Shown in pieces: positions 1 to 7,878 of a stretch of DNA of 32,000 nt. The first letter of the stretch is position 1. Every line of letters begins with the position of its first letter. The notes beneath the pieces were generated by a model that saw nothing but the letters and a program-made list of their open reading frames with translations, searched no databases and was not told the DNA's origin. Source of the stretch: Xanthomonas campestris pv. campestris str. ATCC 33913 (GTDB taxonomy: Bacteria > Pseudomonadota > Gammaproteobacteria > Xanthomonadales > Xanthomonadaceae); the NCBI RefSeq assembly GCF_000007145.1, contig NC_003902.1, forward strand, positions 3,986,497 through 4,018,496, given 5' to 3'. The translations under genes were made by a program, and so were the position numbers.

Positions 1-1
1 A

Positions 2-1579
2 GCGGCGCAACAGGCCAACACTGGCCTGAGCCGCAGCCTGGAACATCTGCCGCAAGGCGTTGTGGTCATCGACGCGGCGCTGAACCTGGTGGCGTGGAAT
101 TCGCGCTACGTGGAGCTGTTCCGCTTTCCCGCCGAGCTGCTGCAGGTCGGCCGGCCGATCGAAGACCTGTTCCGCTTCAACGCGCGCCGCGGCCTGCTCG
201 GGCCCGGCCCGATCGAGGCCGCCATCGAACGCCGCCTCAACCATCTGCGCAGCGGCAAACCGCACATGCGCGAGAGCGAGAAGGAAGACGGCACGGTGCT
301 GGAAATCCGCGGCAACCCGCTGCCCGATGGCGGTTTTGTCACCAGCTACGCCGACATCACCACCTACAAGAACGCCGCGCGCGAACTGCGCTCGCTGGCC
401 GATGCGCTGGAACACCGCGTAGCCGAGCGCACGCGCGATCTGGCCGCAGCCAAGCGCGAGGCCGAAAGCGCCAACCGCTACAAGACCCGCTTCGTCGCAT
501 CGGCAGTGCACGACCTGCTGCAGCCGCTCAATGCCGCGCGCATGTTCGTCTCGGTGTTGCGTGGGCAGGTGCACGCCACCGGCAGTGCGCAACTGGTGGA
601 CAACATCGACGGCGCACTGGCGGCGCAGGACGCCATCCTCAACAGCCTGCTCGACATCTCGCGCCTGGAAGCCGGCAGCCTGAAAACCCAGGTCCGCGAT
701 TTTGCGATCGGCCCGCTGCTGGACACCCTGGCGCGCGAGTTCGGCATCCTGGCCGAAGACCGCGGCCTGGCGCTCGACTGGGTGCCCACCTCGGCGGTGG
801 TGTTGAGCGACGAAACCCTGTTGCGCCGCATCCTGCAGAACTTCCTGTCCAATGCGATCCGCTACACCCCGCGCGGCCGCGTGCTGCTCGGGTGCCGCCG
901 GCGTGGCGGCTGGCTGCGCATCGAAGTGCATGACCAGGGCCCGGGCATTCCCGAAGCGCTACAGCACGAAATCTTCGAAGAATTCCGCCGCCTCGACGAC
1001 GGCGTGGCCAACGACCGTGGCGCAGGCCTGGGCCTGGCGATTGTCGAGCGCATCGGCCGCCTGCTCGGGCATCGCATCGGCCTGCGCTCCACGCTGGGCG
1101 GCGGCAGCGTGTTTTCGGTCAGCGTGCCGCTGGGCGAACGTGCGGCCATCGTGCAGCCATTGCCCACGCCGCAGCTGCAGCACGAACACGGCAACGACCC
1201 CATCCTGCACGGCTGTCGGGTGTGGTGCGTGGACGATGATCCGCGCGTGTGCGAGGCCACGCGTGCACTGCTGGAGCGCTGGGAATGCCGGGTCGATTTT
1301 GCCGGCGGCCCCGACGACGCGCTGGCCGCGGCCAGCCCCGACGATGCACCGGAACTGCTGCTGCTGGACGTACGCATGGGCAACCATTACGGCCCGATGC
1401 TGCTGCCGCAACTGGTGGCGCAATGGCAGCGCGAACCGCGCGTCATCCTGGTCACCGCCGAACCCAGCCCCGCCCTGCGCGAGCATGCGCTGGAAGCGGG
1501 CTGGGGCTTCCTGTCCAAACCGGTCCGGCCGCCGGCGCTGCGCGCGTTGGTCACGCAGATGTTGTTGCGGCGCGGGTAA
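2..1579 (+). CDS. Hybrid sensor histidine kinase/response regulator, 5'-truncated by the window edge (PAS - HisKA - HATPase_c - REC)
   Basis: Frame 2 has no stop from nt 2 to 1579; the ORF track starts at GTG 62 only because the upstream part is off-window. Motifs read in translation: PAS-like LEHLPQGVVVIDAALNLVAWN; H-box SAVHDLLQPLNAARMF; N-box LSNAIRYTP; G1 HDQGPGI; G2 GAGLGLAIVERI; C-terminal receiver VWCVDDDP...LLLLDVRM...LSKPV. Confidence 0.9.
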   Translation, partial: AAQQANTGLSRSLEHLPQGVVVIDAALNLVAWNSRYVELFRFPAELLQVGRPIEDLFRFNARRGLLGPGPIEAAIERRLNHLRSGKPHMRESEKEDGTVLEIRGNPLPDGGFVTSYADITTYKNAARELRSLADALEHRVAERTRDLAAAKREAESANRYKTRFVASAVHDLLQPLNAARMFVSVLRGQVHATGSAQLVDNIDGALAAQDAILNSLLDISRLEAGSLKTQVRDFAIGPLLDTLAREFGILAEDRGLALDWVPTSAVVLSDETLLRRILQNFLSNAIRYTPRGRVLLGCRRRGGWLRIEVHDQGPGIPEALQHEIFEEFRRLDDGVANDRGAGLGLAIVERIGRLLGHRIGLRSTLGGGSVFSVSVPLGERAAIVQPLPTPQLQHEHGNDPILHGCRVWCVDDDPRVCEATRALLERWECRVDFAGGPDDALAAASPDDAPELLLLDVRMGNHYGPMLLPQLVAQWQREPRVILVTAEPSPALREHALEAGWGFLSKPVRPPALRALVTQMLLRRG

Positions 1580-1581
1580 GT

Positions 1582-1618
1582 CTGTGCGGCAACGCACAGG
1601 CGCAGGCACCGCTGCCTG
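1582..1618 (+). terminator. Two tandem GC-rich hairpins right after the kinase stop (possible terminator, no U-tract)
   Basis: CTGTGCG-GCAA-CGCACAG (1582-1599, 7-bp stem, GNRA-type loop) and CAGGCA-CCGC-TGCCTG (1603-1618). Stop codon TAA lies at 1577-1579. No T-run follows, so function is uncertain. Confidence 0.3.
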
Positions 1619-1716
1619 GCGGGGTCGGATCGTGCACCACCACTTCGCGTTTCAACGTCAGGCACTGGCCGTTAGCCTGAATCATCGTGCTTCCGCACCT
1701 GCAAGGTGGACGCCCG

Positions 1717-1941
1717 ATGATGAAGACGACGCTGTTTCTTTTGACGTCCTTGTTGATTGTCAGCTGCGCAGGCGGATTCACGGCGCACGCGCAGGACGCT
1801 CCGGCCGCTGCGCAGCCCGGGTCATCAGCACGCGTGCAGATGGATCCCTACACGACAGGCAAACTGATCACCGTGCTGGATCAGGTCGCACGCCACCGCC
1901 ATCTCAGCACCGGCCACATGATCGATGTGGTGTCCGCGTAA
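1717..1941 (+). CDS. Small (74 aa) putative lipoprotein/secreted protein, function unknown
   Basis: ATG 1717 sits 6 nt after AAGGTGGA (1703-1710). N-terminus MMKTTLFLLTSLLIVSCAGG is a signal peptide with a lipobox-like IVSC. His-rich C-terminal part (HRHLSTGH). No family recognised; short ORF, so coding status is uncertain. Confidence 0.45.
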   Translation: MMKTTLFLLTSLLIVSCAGGFTAHAQDAPAAAQPGSSARVQMDPYTTGKLITVLDQVARHRHLSTGHMIDVVSA

Positions 1942-2151
1942 TTTTTGGCAACGCCGTATTGTCTACAGGGCGAATCAGTGATGCGCGCTTTGCGCCGGCA
2001 GAGGATGTGGCATCCGCAGGCTGCATGAGCTTGGCTGCCGCGTAATAGCCGGTTGCAGCGGTGGATGCGCCACTTTGCGACTAGCTAGCTACGCAGCCGC
2101 TTAGGCCTTGTATCCGGAGCGCCCACGTGCCCTGCAACACGCGCAGTGCGC

Positions 2152-2790
2152 TCATCCCTCGCCTTCCGGCTCCAACGCCTTGACCAGCACCGCAGCCTGG
2201 GTGCGGCTATAGCAGTCCAGCTTTTTCAGGATGGCGGTGACATGCACCTTGACGGTGTTCTCGGCCAGGCCCAGTTCGTGCGCAATCTGCTTGTTCAACA
2301 GGCCATCGGCCAGGCACAGCAACACGCGAAATTGCTGCGGCGTGAGCTGGGCGAGCTTGGCCGCCAATTGCGCATCGGCTTCCGAGCGCTCGGCGGTCAT
2401 AGGCGGGAACCAGGTGCCACCATCGAGCACGCTGGCCACCGCAGTGCCAATCGATTCGGCCGGGGTGGACTTGGGAATGAAGCCGGCCGCGCCGAACTGC
2501 TGCGCGCGCCGGATCACGCGTGGGTGGTCGTTGGATGAAATCACCACCACCGGAATGTCCGGATGCTCGCCACGCACGTGCAACAGCGCCGAGAAGCCGC
2601 GTGCGCCCGGCATGGCCAGGTCCAGCAGCACCAGCTCGGCCTGCGGATGCGAGCGCAGCATCGCGCTCAAGGTGGTGGCGCTGGAGGCCTCCACCACTTC
2701 GGCAGTGGGCAGGGTCTGGTGCAGCACGTGGATCACGGCAGCACGGAACAACGGGTGGTCGTCGGCGACGAGGATGGTGAGATCGGCCAT
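2152..2790 (-). CDS. NarL/FixJ-family (LuxR-type HTH) response regulator
   Basis: ORF 2152..3015 trimmed to ATG at 2790 (MADLTILVADDHPLF). Receiver Asp in LVLLDLAMPG, Lys in FIPKS. C-terminal GerE/LuxR HTH LTPQQFRVLLCLADGLLNKQIAHELGLAENTVKVHVTAILKKL. Confidence 0.9.
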   Translation of the reverse strand: MADLTILVADDHPLFRAAVIHVLHQTLPTAEVVEASSATTLSAMLRSHPQAELVLLDLAMPGARGFSALLHVRGEHPDIPVVVISSNDHPRVIRRAQQFGAAGFIPKSTPAESIGTAVASVLDGGTWFPPMTAERSEADAQLAAKLAQLTPQQFRVLLCLADGLLNKQIAHELGLAENTVKVHVTAILKKLDCYSRTQAAVLVKALEPEGEG

Positions 2791-3065
2791 GCGCCAAGTC
2801 TGGCACATGGCTGCGTCGCTTTCCCGCTGCGCTGCGCGGTAGGTGGGTGGTGCGTGGAGCTGGACGGCCCGGGCATGCGGCAGGCGCGCTGCCGATGCGC
2901 TCGATGCACTGAACTCCGCGCACGCCTCGGATGGCAGACACGCAGACAATGCATCCATCGAACGCCTGCATGGCGTGCATGCGCTGCTCAATTTCGCCGC
3001 GATCAAGCGGCCCATTCAATGCGTGTTTTCACCATGAAACACGGGTCGGCCCACTCCGCGACCGC

Positions 3066-4118
3066 TCAGCGCGGCGGCTGGGTGCTGGCGCGCCAGGCTT
3101 CAAGGAACTGCCGGCGCTTGAGTTTGTCCAGATAGACCAGCAGGCCGGGACCAAGTGGAATCGGGCGGAACGGCGGCTGCGCCGAGCCACCGCGACCACC
3201 GGCCGACGGCAGGATCGGCATCAGTCGCGCCTCGCGCGAGAGCACCTGCTGGCCGCGCGGCGACAGCAGGTAATCCAGGAACCGGCGCGCCTCGGGCGCG
3301 TGCGGCGCGGTCTTGGGAATCACCGCGGTGCGCAGCGCCACCAAGGTGTAGTCCTGCGGCTGCACGATGCCCAGCGGCGCGCCGGCATCGATGCGCGCCT
3401 GTGCGTAGGAGCCGAGCACGTTATAGGCCAGCAACAACTCGCCGCGGCTGACACGGTCCAGCAAGGTGCCGGTACGTTCTTCCAGACGCACCTGGTTTGC
3501 CCCCAGCGCGGCCAGCAACGCGCCGGCAATGCTGCCCACCTGCCCGTCCTGGGTGGCGAACAGATAGCCCACGCCGCTGCGCTCGGCATCGTAGGTACCC
3601 ACCTTGCCGCGCAACGGCGCATCGGGTGCACGCAATAACGCGAGCAGCTGCCGGCGCGTACGCGGCACCCGCGCGGCGGCGAGCTTGCGCGTGTTGTAGA
3701 CGATGGCCACCGGCTCGTAGCTGATGCCGAAGACTTCGTGCCGCCATTGCGCCCAGGCCGGCAGCGCTTCGGTCTGCGCCGAGCGATGCGTCAGCGCGTG
3801 GCCATCGTTCACCAGCTTGGTCTGCAGATCCATGCTGGCGCTGATCAGCAGATCCGCCTGCGGCGCATTGGCCGCCGGATGCAGATACTGCTCGTAGATG
3901 TCCCAGGCGATCACGTCTTCGTAGATCACCTCGGTGCCGGGATGCAGGCGCTGGTAGTCCTGGATCACCGCGCCAAACACTTCCAGATCGGTCGAGCCCT
4001 GCACGCGCAGCTGCGCCTGCACCGCGCCCTGGGCCGGAAATCGCCGCACATCGCCGGGCGCTGCCCAGGCCAGGCCGCACAGCAGCAGCAACACCACACC
4101 ACACACCACGCGCATCAC
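3066..4118 (-). CDS. Periplasmic solute-binding protein (ABC-type Fe(III)/anion-binding-like fold), last gene of the two-component operon
   Basis: Signal peptide MMRVVCGVVLLLLCGLAWA/AP. The pattern DLLISASMDLQTKLVNDG, VGTYD..SGVGYLF, LLLAYNVLGSYA resembles periplasmic binding proteins of the Fe3+/anion class (assignment from memory). Start GTG 4118 or ATG 4115; either overlaps the kinase stop codon at 4115-4117. Confidence 0.8.
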   Translation of the reverse strand: MMRVVCGVVLLLLCGLAWAAPGDVRRFPAQGAVQAQLRVQGSTDLEVFGAVIQDYQRLHPGTEVIYEDVIAWDIYEQYLHPAANAPQADLLISASMDLQTKLVNDGHALTHRSAQTEALPAWAQWRHEVFGISYEPVAIVYNTRKLAAARVPRTRRQLLALLRAPDAPLRGKVGTYDAERSGVGYLFATQDGQVGSIAGALLAALGANQVRLEERTGTLLDRVSRGELLLAYNVLGSYAQARIDAGAPLGIVQPQDYTLVALRTAVIPKTAPHAPEARRFLDYLLSPRGQQVLSREARLMPILPSAGGRGGSAQPPFRPIPLGPGLLVYLDKLKRRQFLEAWRASTQPPR

Positions 4119-5500
4119 GCCATGCCTCCGGGAAAATGCAATGACGCAATCAGCCCGCCGCCGATGCGATTGGACAGATCGATGCGGCCACCGTGCGCCT
4201 CGACCACGCGCTTGACGATCGCCAGGCCCAGGCCCGCCCCACCGGCCGGCGCATCCGGGCCGCGCACAAAACGCTCGAACACCCGCTCGGCCTCGGCCGG
4301 GGGAATGCCCGGGCCGTGATCGGCGATGGTCAGCACATGCTGGTGGCCGTCGCTGGTCAGCGCAACCTGCAATGGCGCGCCCGCGCCGTATTTGCAGGCG
4401 TTGTCGATGAGATTCTTCAAGGCCTCGCGCAGCAGCAAGGCATCGCCGCGCAACAGCGCCGGCTGCGGGTCGATCGCCAGATGCACGCGCGGTGCCTCCT
4501 CGCCACGTGGCAGCGCGTCATGCAGCGCCTGGTGCAGCAGTTCCACCAGGTCGACCGTGGCAAACCGCTGCAGATTGGCGCGATGGATCACGCTGGCATC
4601 GCTGAGCAACTGGTTGAGCAGGCGGCTCATATGGCTGGCGTTGCGCTCGATCGCCACCAGGCTGCGCTGCATGTCGCGCGGGTCATCGTCGTCCATCGCC
4701 AGCTGTGCCTGCGCACGCAACGCGGCCAGCGGCGTGCGCATCTGGTGTGCGGCCTCGGCCATGAACGCGCGCAGGGTTTCGTTGCTGGACGACAACCGCG
4801 CCATGAAGCGGTTGAGCGCGGCGACCATCAACTGCATTTCCTGCGGTGCGGGCACGGTGAGCGGTTTCAGATCGGAGGGCTCGCGTCGCGAAAGATCGCG
4901 CTCGATGCGTTGCAGCGGGCGCAAGGCGCGATACACGCCAATCCACACCAGCGCCAGCGCCAGCAGCGACAGCACTGCAATCGCCACCAATGCGTTGAGC
5001 ACCACATCGCGCGCCACCGCGTCGCGCGCGCGGCGGGTCTGTCCCACCTGCACGCGCACCTCGCCCTGCCCGGAGTCCGAGGCCACCCGGTGCATCACCA
5101 CCGCAAAGCGCACCGGCTCGCCGCTGTAGGTGGCGTCGAACAACAACGGCCGCTCGCCATCGGGCGCGCGCGGCGGCAGCGGCAAGGTGTCTTCGCCGGT
5201 GATGGTGCGGCCCTGCGCATCGAATACGCGGTAGAACACGCGGTCTTCCGGCGCCATGCCCAGCAGGTCGAGCGAGGCATACGGCAGATCCACCTGCCAA
5301 TCGCCGCCCACCAACGCCACGCTGTCGATGATCGACAACGCCGACGACACCAGCAGGTGGTCGTAGGAGCGATTGGCCGCACGCTCGCCGTAATCGCGCG
5401 CGGCAAAGAACAGCACCACCGCGCCCAGCAGCGACAGGCTGCTCAGATACAGCAGCAGCGTGCGCCGGATCGACGGCGCCACCGCGTGGGCTTCAGCCAT
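4115..5500 (-). CDS. Sensor histidine kinase, TctE/QseC-like (periplasmic 2CSK_N-type sensor domain)
   Basis: ORF 4115..5587 trimmed to ATG 5500 (MAEAHAVAPSIRR), which overlaps the upstream regulator stop (5493-5495) by 8 nt. Two hydrophobic segments flank a periplasmic domain (YDHLLVSSALSIIDSV...). H-box EAAHQMRTPLAAL; N-box LIDNACKYG; G1 DHGPGI; G2 GAGLGLAIV. Confidence 0.85.
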   Translation of the reverse strand: MAEAHAVAPSIRRTLLLYLSSLSLLGAVVLFFAARDYGERAANRSYDHLLVSSALSIIDSVALVGGDWQVDLPYASLDLLGMAPEDRVFYRVFDAQGRTITGEDTLPLPPRAPDGERPLLFDATYSGEPVRFAVVMHRVASDSGQGEVRVQVGQTRRARDAVARDVVLNALVAIAVLSLLALALVWIGVYRALRPLQRIERDLSRREPSDLKPLTVPAPQEMQLMVAALNRFMARLSSSNETLRAFMAEAAHQMRTPLAALRAQAQLAMDDDDPRDMQRSLVAIERNASHMSRLLNQLLSDASVIHRANLQRFATVDLVELLHQALHDALPRGEEAPRVHLAIDPQPALLRGDALLLREALKNLIDNACKYGAGAPLQVALTSDGHQHVLTIADHGPGIPPAEAERVFERFVRGPDAPAGGAGLGLAIVKRVVEAHGGRIDLSNRIGGGLIASLHFPGGMA

Positions 5501-6194
5501 CGCTGCCGGCCTCGGTGACGGCCTGCGGGTCGGCTTCTTCCAGCTTGTAGCCGGCGCCACGCACGGTGACGATGCGCAGCGGCGCATCGATCAACTTGCG
5601 GCGCAGCCGGCCCACATACAGCTCGATCGCATTGGGGCCGGCATCGTCATCGAAACCGAACAACCCGTTGCCGATCTCGTCCTTGCCCACCACCTGGCCC
5701 AGCCGTCCGATCAGGATTTCCAGCAGACGGTACTCACGATTGGGCAACTCGATCGCCACCCCGTCCAGGCTCACGGTGTGCGCAGCGTTGTCGAACACGA
5801 ACGCGCCGAGCTGCACTACCTCACTGGCCTGGCCGCGATTGCGCCGCAGCAGCACCCGGCAGCGCGCTTCGAACTCACGAAAGTCGAACGGCTTGCCCAG
5901 GTAATCGTCGGCCCCCACATCCAGCGCCTGCACGCGGTCTTCGATGCCATCACGCGCGGTCAGCATCAGCACCGGCGTGGTGTCGCCGCGCTCGCGCATC
6001 CCGGCCAGCACGCGCAATCCATCCAGCTTGGGCAGACCGATATCCAGCACCACCAGATCAAAGCTCTGGTAGCGCAACACGCTGGCCGCAGCCAACCCGT
6101 CCTGCTGCCAATCCACTGCGTGCCCGCTACGGCGCATGCGCCGCACGATGGCATCGGCAAGGTCGGCGTTGTCTTCGACGAGCAACAGGCGCAT
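5493..6194 (-). CDS. OmpR/PhoB-family response regulator, TctD-like
   Basis: ORF 5493..6440 trimmed to ATG 6194 (MRLLLVEDNADLADAI); the upstream 82 codons translate a repeat element. Receiver Asp in LVVLDIGLP, Lys in YLGKPF. Winged-helix C-terminus (IELPNREYRLLEILI...IVTVRGAGYKL). Confidence 0.9.
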   Translation of the reverse strand: MRLLLVEDNADLADAIVRRMRRSGHAVDWQQDGLAAASVLRYQSFDLVVLDIGLPKLDGLRVLAGMRERGDTTPVLMLTARDGIEDRVQALDVGADDYLGKPFDFREFEARCRVLLRRNRGQASEVVQLGAFVFDNAAHTVSLDGVAIELPNREYRLLEILIGRLGQVVGKDEIGNGLFGFDDDAGPNAIELYVGRLRRKLIDAPLRIVTVRGAGYKLEEADPQAVTEAGSDG

Positions 6195-6195
6195 T

Positions 6196-6348
6196 AGGGC
6201 AGGGAATCGTGAATAGGGAATGGGGAATCGCAACAGCACGTCACCGCGGCCGGAAGGTAACAGGCCTCGCCAACAAAAGCTCTCCCATCCAAACCATGTG
6301 CTGCAGTCCGTCGCTGTTGCGATTCCCCAATCCCGACTCCCCAATCCC
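6196..6348. repeat. GGGAATC-family inverted-repeat (REP/MITE-like) hairpin element 1
   Basis: Left arm GGGAATGGGGAATCGCAACAGC (6216-6237). Right arm GCTGTTGCGATTCCCCAATCCC (6313-6334) is its reverse complement with 1 mismatch in 22. Spacer is 75 nt. Extra GGGAATC/GATTCCC-like motifs lie outside both arms (6201-6215, 6335-6348). Confidence 0.8.
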
Positions 6349-6353
6349 GTCTC

Positions 6354-6371
6354 GCGACAGGTCCATGACAG
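6354..6371 (-). promoter_or_regulatory. Direct-repeat site with 11-bp period, Pho-box-like (possible OmpR/PhoB-family regulator binding site)
   Basis: The minus strand reads CTGTCAT-GGAC-CTGTCGC (7+4+7). The first half matches the CTGTCAT pho-box half-site exactly, the second 5/7. It lies 90 nt upstream of the porin start but in the orientation of the divergent regulator operon. Single site, no experimental support. Confidence 0.3.
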
Positions 6372-6460
6372 CTTCGCGGGACTAGGCTGCAGCCAGCTCG
6401 CCGTGACGCGGTTGCGGCCGATTGACTGCCTGTGCTGCACACATGTACCTGGGAGGGTCT

Positions 6461-7654
6461 GTGATCAACGACACCTTGCGCTTGCGCGCCATTACCGCCT
6501 GTGCGGCCATCTGTCTGGCGCCGGCGGCACACGCGGCCGATGACGAAGGCCCGGTGACCGCCGAAGTGGGCGGGCGCGTGCATTGGGACTTCACCGTCTT
6601 CGACAACGATGAACGCGGCACACCCGAGCGTAACGACACCCAATTCCGCCGTGTCTGGCTGGACGTGGCCGGCAAGTTCTACGGGTTCAACTACAAGGCC
6701 GAGGCGGAGTTCGCCGGCCTGCAGTACGAACCCGGCAGCCGCGGCATCCTGGCACGCGATGTCTACATTGCCAAGAAGTTCTCCGCCGGCACGCTGACCG
6801 TGGGCCAGTTCAAGCAGTACTTCTCGCTGGACGACCGGACCGGCTCCAACTATGGCCCGTTCCTGGAACGCGGCTACGCCTCGACCACGCTGGCACCGAT
6901 CTACCGCAAGGCGATTTCCTGGCAGACCAGCCGCCCGGATGCCACCTGGTCCACGGCCGCCTACAGCCTGGAAAGCATCGACAATTCGGCCACCAAGGGC
7001 GGTGCGCTGGGCACGCGTCTGACCTTCGCACCGGAAATGGGCGACGCGCGGCTACGCCATCTGGGCGTGTCGCTGGCGCATGAGCGCTATTCGCATCCCG
7101 GCAGTGGCGGCGCCTCACCGCTGCTGATCCGCCCGCGCCCGGAGAACGATCTCGCCAACAACAGCCGCATCACGCTGGCACGCTTCGCCGATGGCCGCGA
7201 CACCGACTTCGACAAATGGTCGTTGGAATATGCCGAAGTAGTCGGCCCGTGGTCGTGGCAGACCGAGTTCAGCGGCGGCCTGCTCGACGATGGCGCGCAG
7301 CATGCCAAGGTGCTGGCCAGCTATGGCCTGGTCAGCTGGTTCGTGACCGGCGAGTCGCGCGGCTACGACCGCAAGACCGGCCGCTTCAGCCGCATCAAGA
7401 CGCCCAACCGCCCGTCCGGCGCATTCGAGCTGGCACTGCGTTACGACTACATGCGCGGCGACCAGCATCTGGATGGCCAGCCCGATTTCATCAACGCCAG
7501 CACGCAGTCCTGGACGCTGGGCGGCAACTGGTATTTCAAGCCGAACCTGCGCGTGATGCTCAACGTCATCGACAGCCGCAACCGCGACCGCACGATGAAT
7601 GCAGTGGTCGATCATACGTTGGCCGTCACCGGCCGCTTCCAGTACGACTTCTAA
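6461..7654 (+). CDS. Phosphate-selective porin O/P (OprO/OprP) family outer-membrane porin
   Basis: The pattern VGGRVHWDF...FRRVWLDVAGKF...LTVGQFKQYFSLDDRTGSNYGPFLERGY is typical of the Porin_O_P family, and the protein ends in ...TGRFQYDF (terminal Phe). Start chosen at GTG 6461, 4 nt after GGAGG (6452-6456), giving signal peptide (M)INDTLRLRAITACAAICLAPAAHA/AD. Alternative starts: ATG 6443 or 6422. Confidence 0.85.
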   Translation: MINDTLRLRAITACAAICLAPAAHAADDEGPVTAEVGGRVHWDFTVFDNDERGTPERNDTQFRRVWLDVAGKFYGFNYKAEAEFAGLQYEPGSRGILARDVYIAKKFSAGTLTVGQFKQYFSLDDRTGSNYGPFLERGYASTTLAPIYRKAISWQTSRPDATWSTAAYSLESIDNSATKGGALGTRLTFAPEMGDARLRHLGVSLAHERYSHPGSGGASPLLIRPRPENDLANNSRITLARFADGRDTDFDKWSLEYAEVVGPWSWQTEFSGGLLDDGAQHAKVLASYGLVSWFVTGESRGYDRKTGRFSRIKTPNRPSGAFELALRYDYMRGDQHLDGQPDFINASTQSWTLGGNWYFKPNLRVMLNVIDSRNRDRTMNAVVDHTLAVTGRFQYDF

Positions 7655-7878
7655 GTGGCCTGCATCTTCGCCCTGCGTCATCCCGCGTCTGTGCCCCGCC
7701 ACTGCAGCGGCGCGCTGCCGTCCGCCAATGCGGTGGCCTGTACCTTGCTGCATGACAGCCACACCGCCGTTACGTTAGCCGCCACCAGCGCTGGCGTGCA
7801 CCACCCTCGCTGCTGCGCGCCCGGCGCGGTGGCGCGCTCCACTTATCCCCTGCTGCACGCCTCAAAGGATTTGCCCGC

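Noticed and set aside
94-2045. Alternative-frame ORFs inside and antisense to the hybrid kinase (94..933 +, 852..2045 +, 959..1609 -, 862..1383 -, and others)
   Set aside because: They overlap a frame with unambiguous HisKA/HATPase/REC motifs. Their products are low-complexity Arg/Ala/Pro-rich sequences, and the absence of stops is expected at this GC content.
2081-2091. CTAGCTAGCTA palindrome (stop codons in multiple frames on both strands, contains an NheI site) in the convergent gap at 1942-2151
   Set aside because: CTAG-rich strings are rare in such genomes and resemble engineered stop cassettes. However, this is a single 11-nt occurrence in a natural-looking intergenic region with no vector-like flanks, so it is most likely chance.
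5493-6440. N-terminal extensions offered by the ORF track for several genes (5493..6440, 2152..3015, 4115..5587, 18803..20287, 18020..18799, 22113.., 23039.., 26717.., 28255..28899, 28830.., 29927..)
   Set aside because: In each case the extension overlaps the upstream gene or a repeat element and lacks family signal. An internal ATG coincides with the expected domain or signal-peptide start, usually with an SD or a stop/start overlap. Features were trimmed accordingly.
6364-7759. Shared 9-mer CATGACAGC upstream of both the porin (6364-6372) and the citrate carrier (7751-7759) as a common regulator site
   Set aside because: The carrier-proximal copy lacks a second half-site at the 11-bp period (CAAGGTA). 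The chance of one shared 9-mer between two 200-nt regions is not negligible, roughly 0.1-0.3 by a rough estimate.
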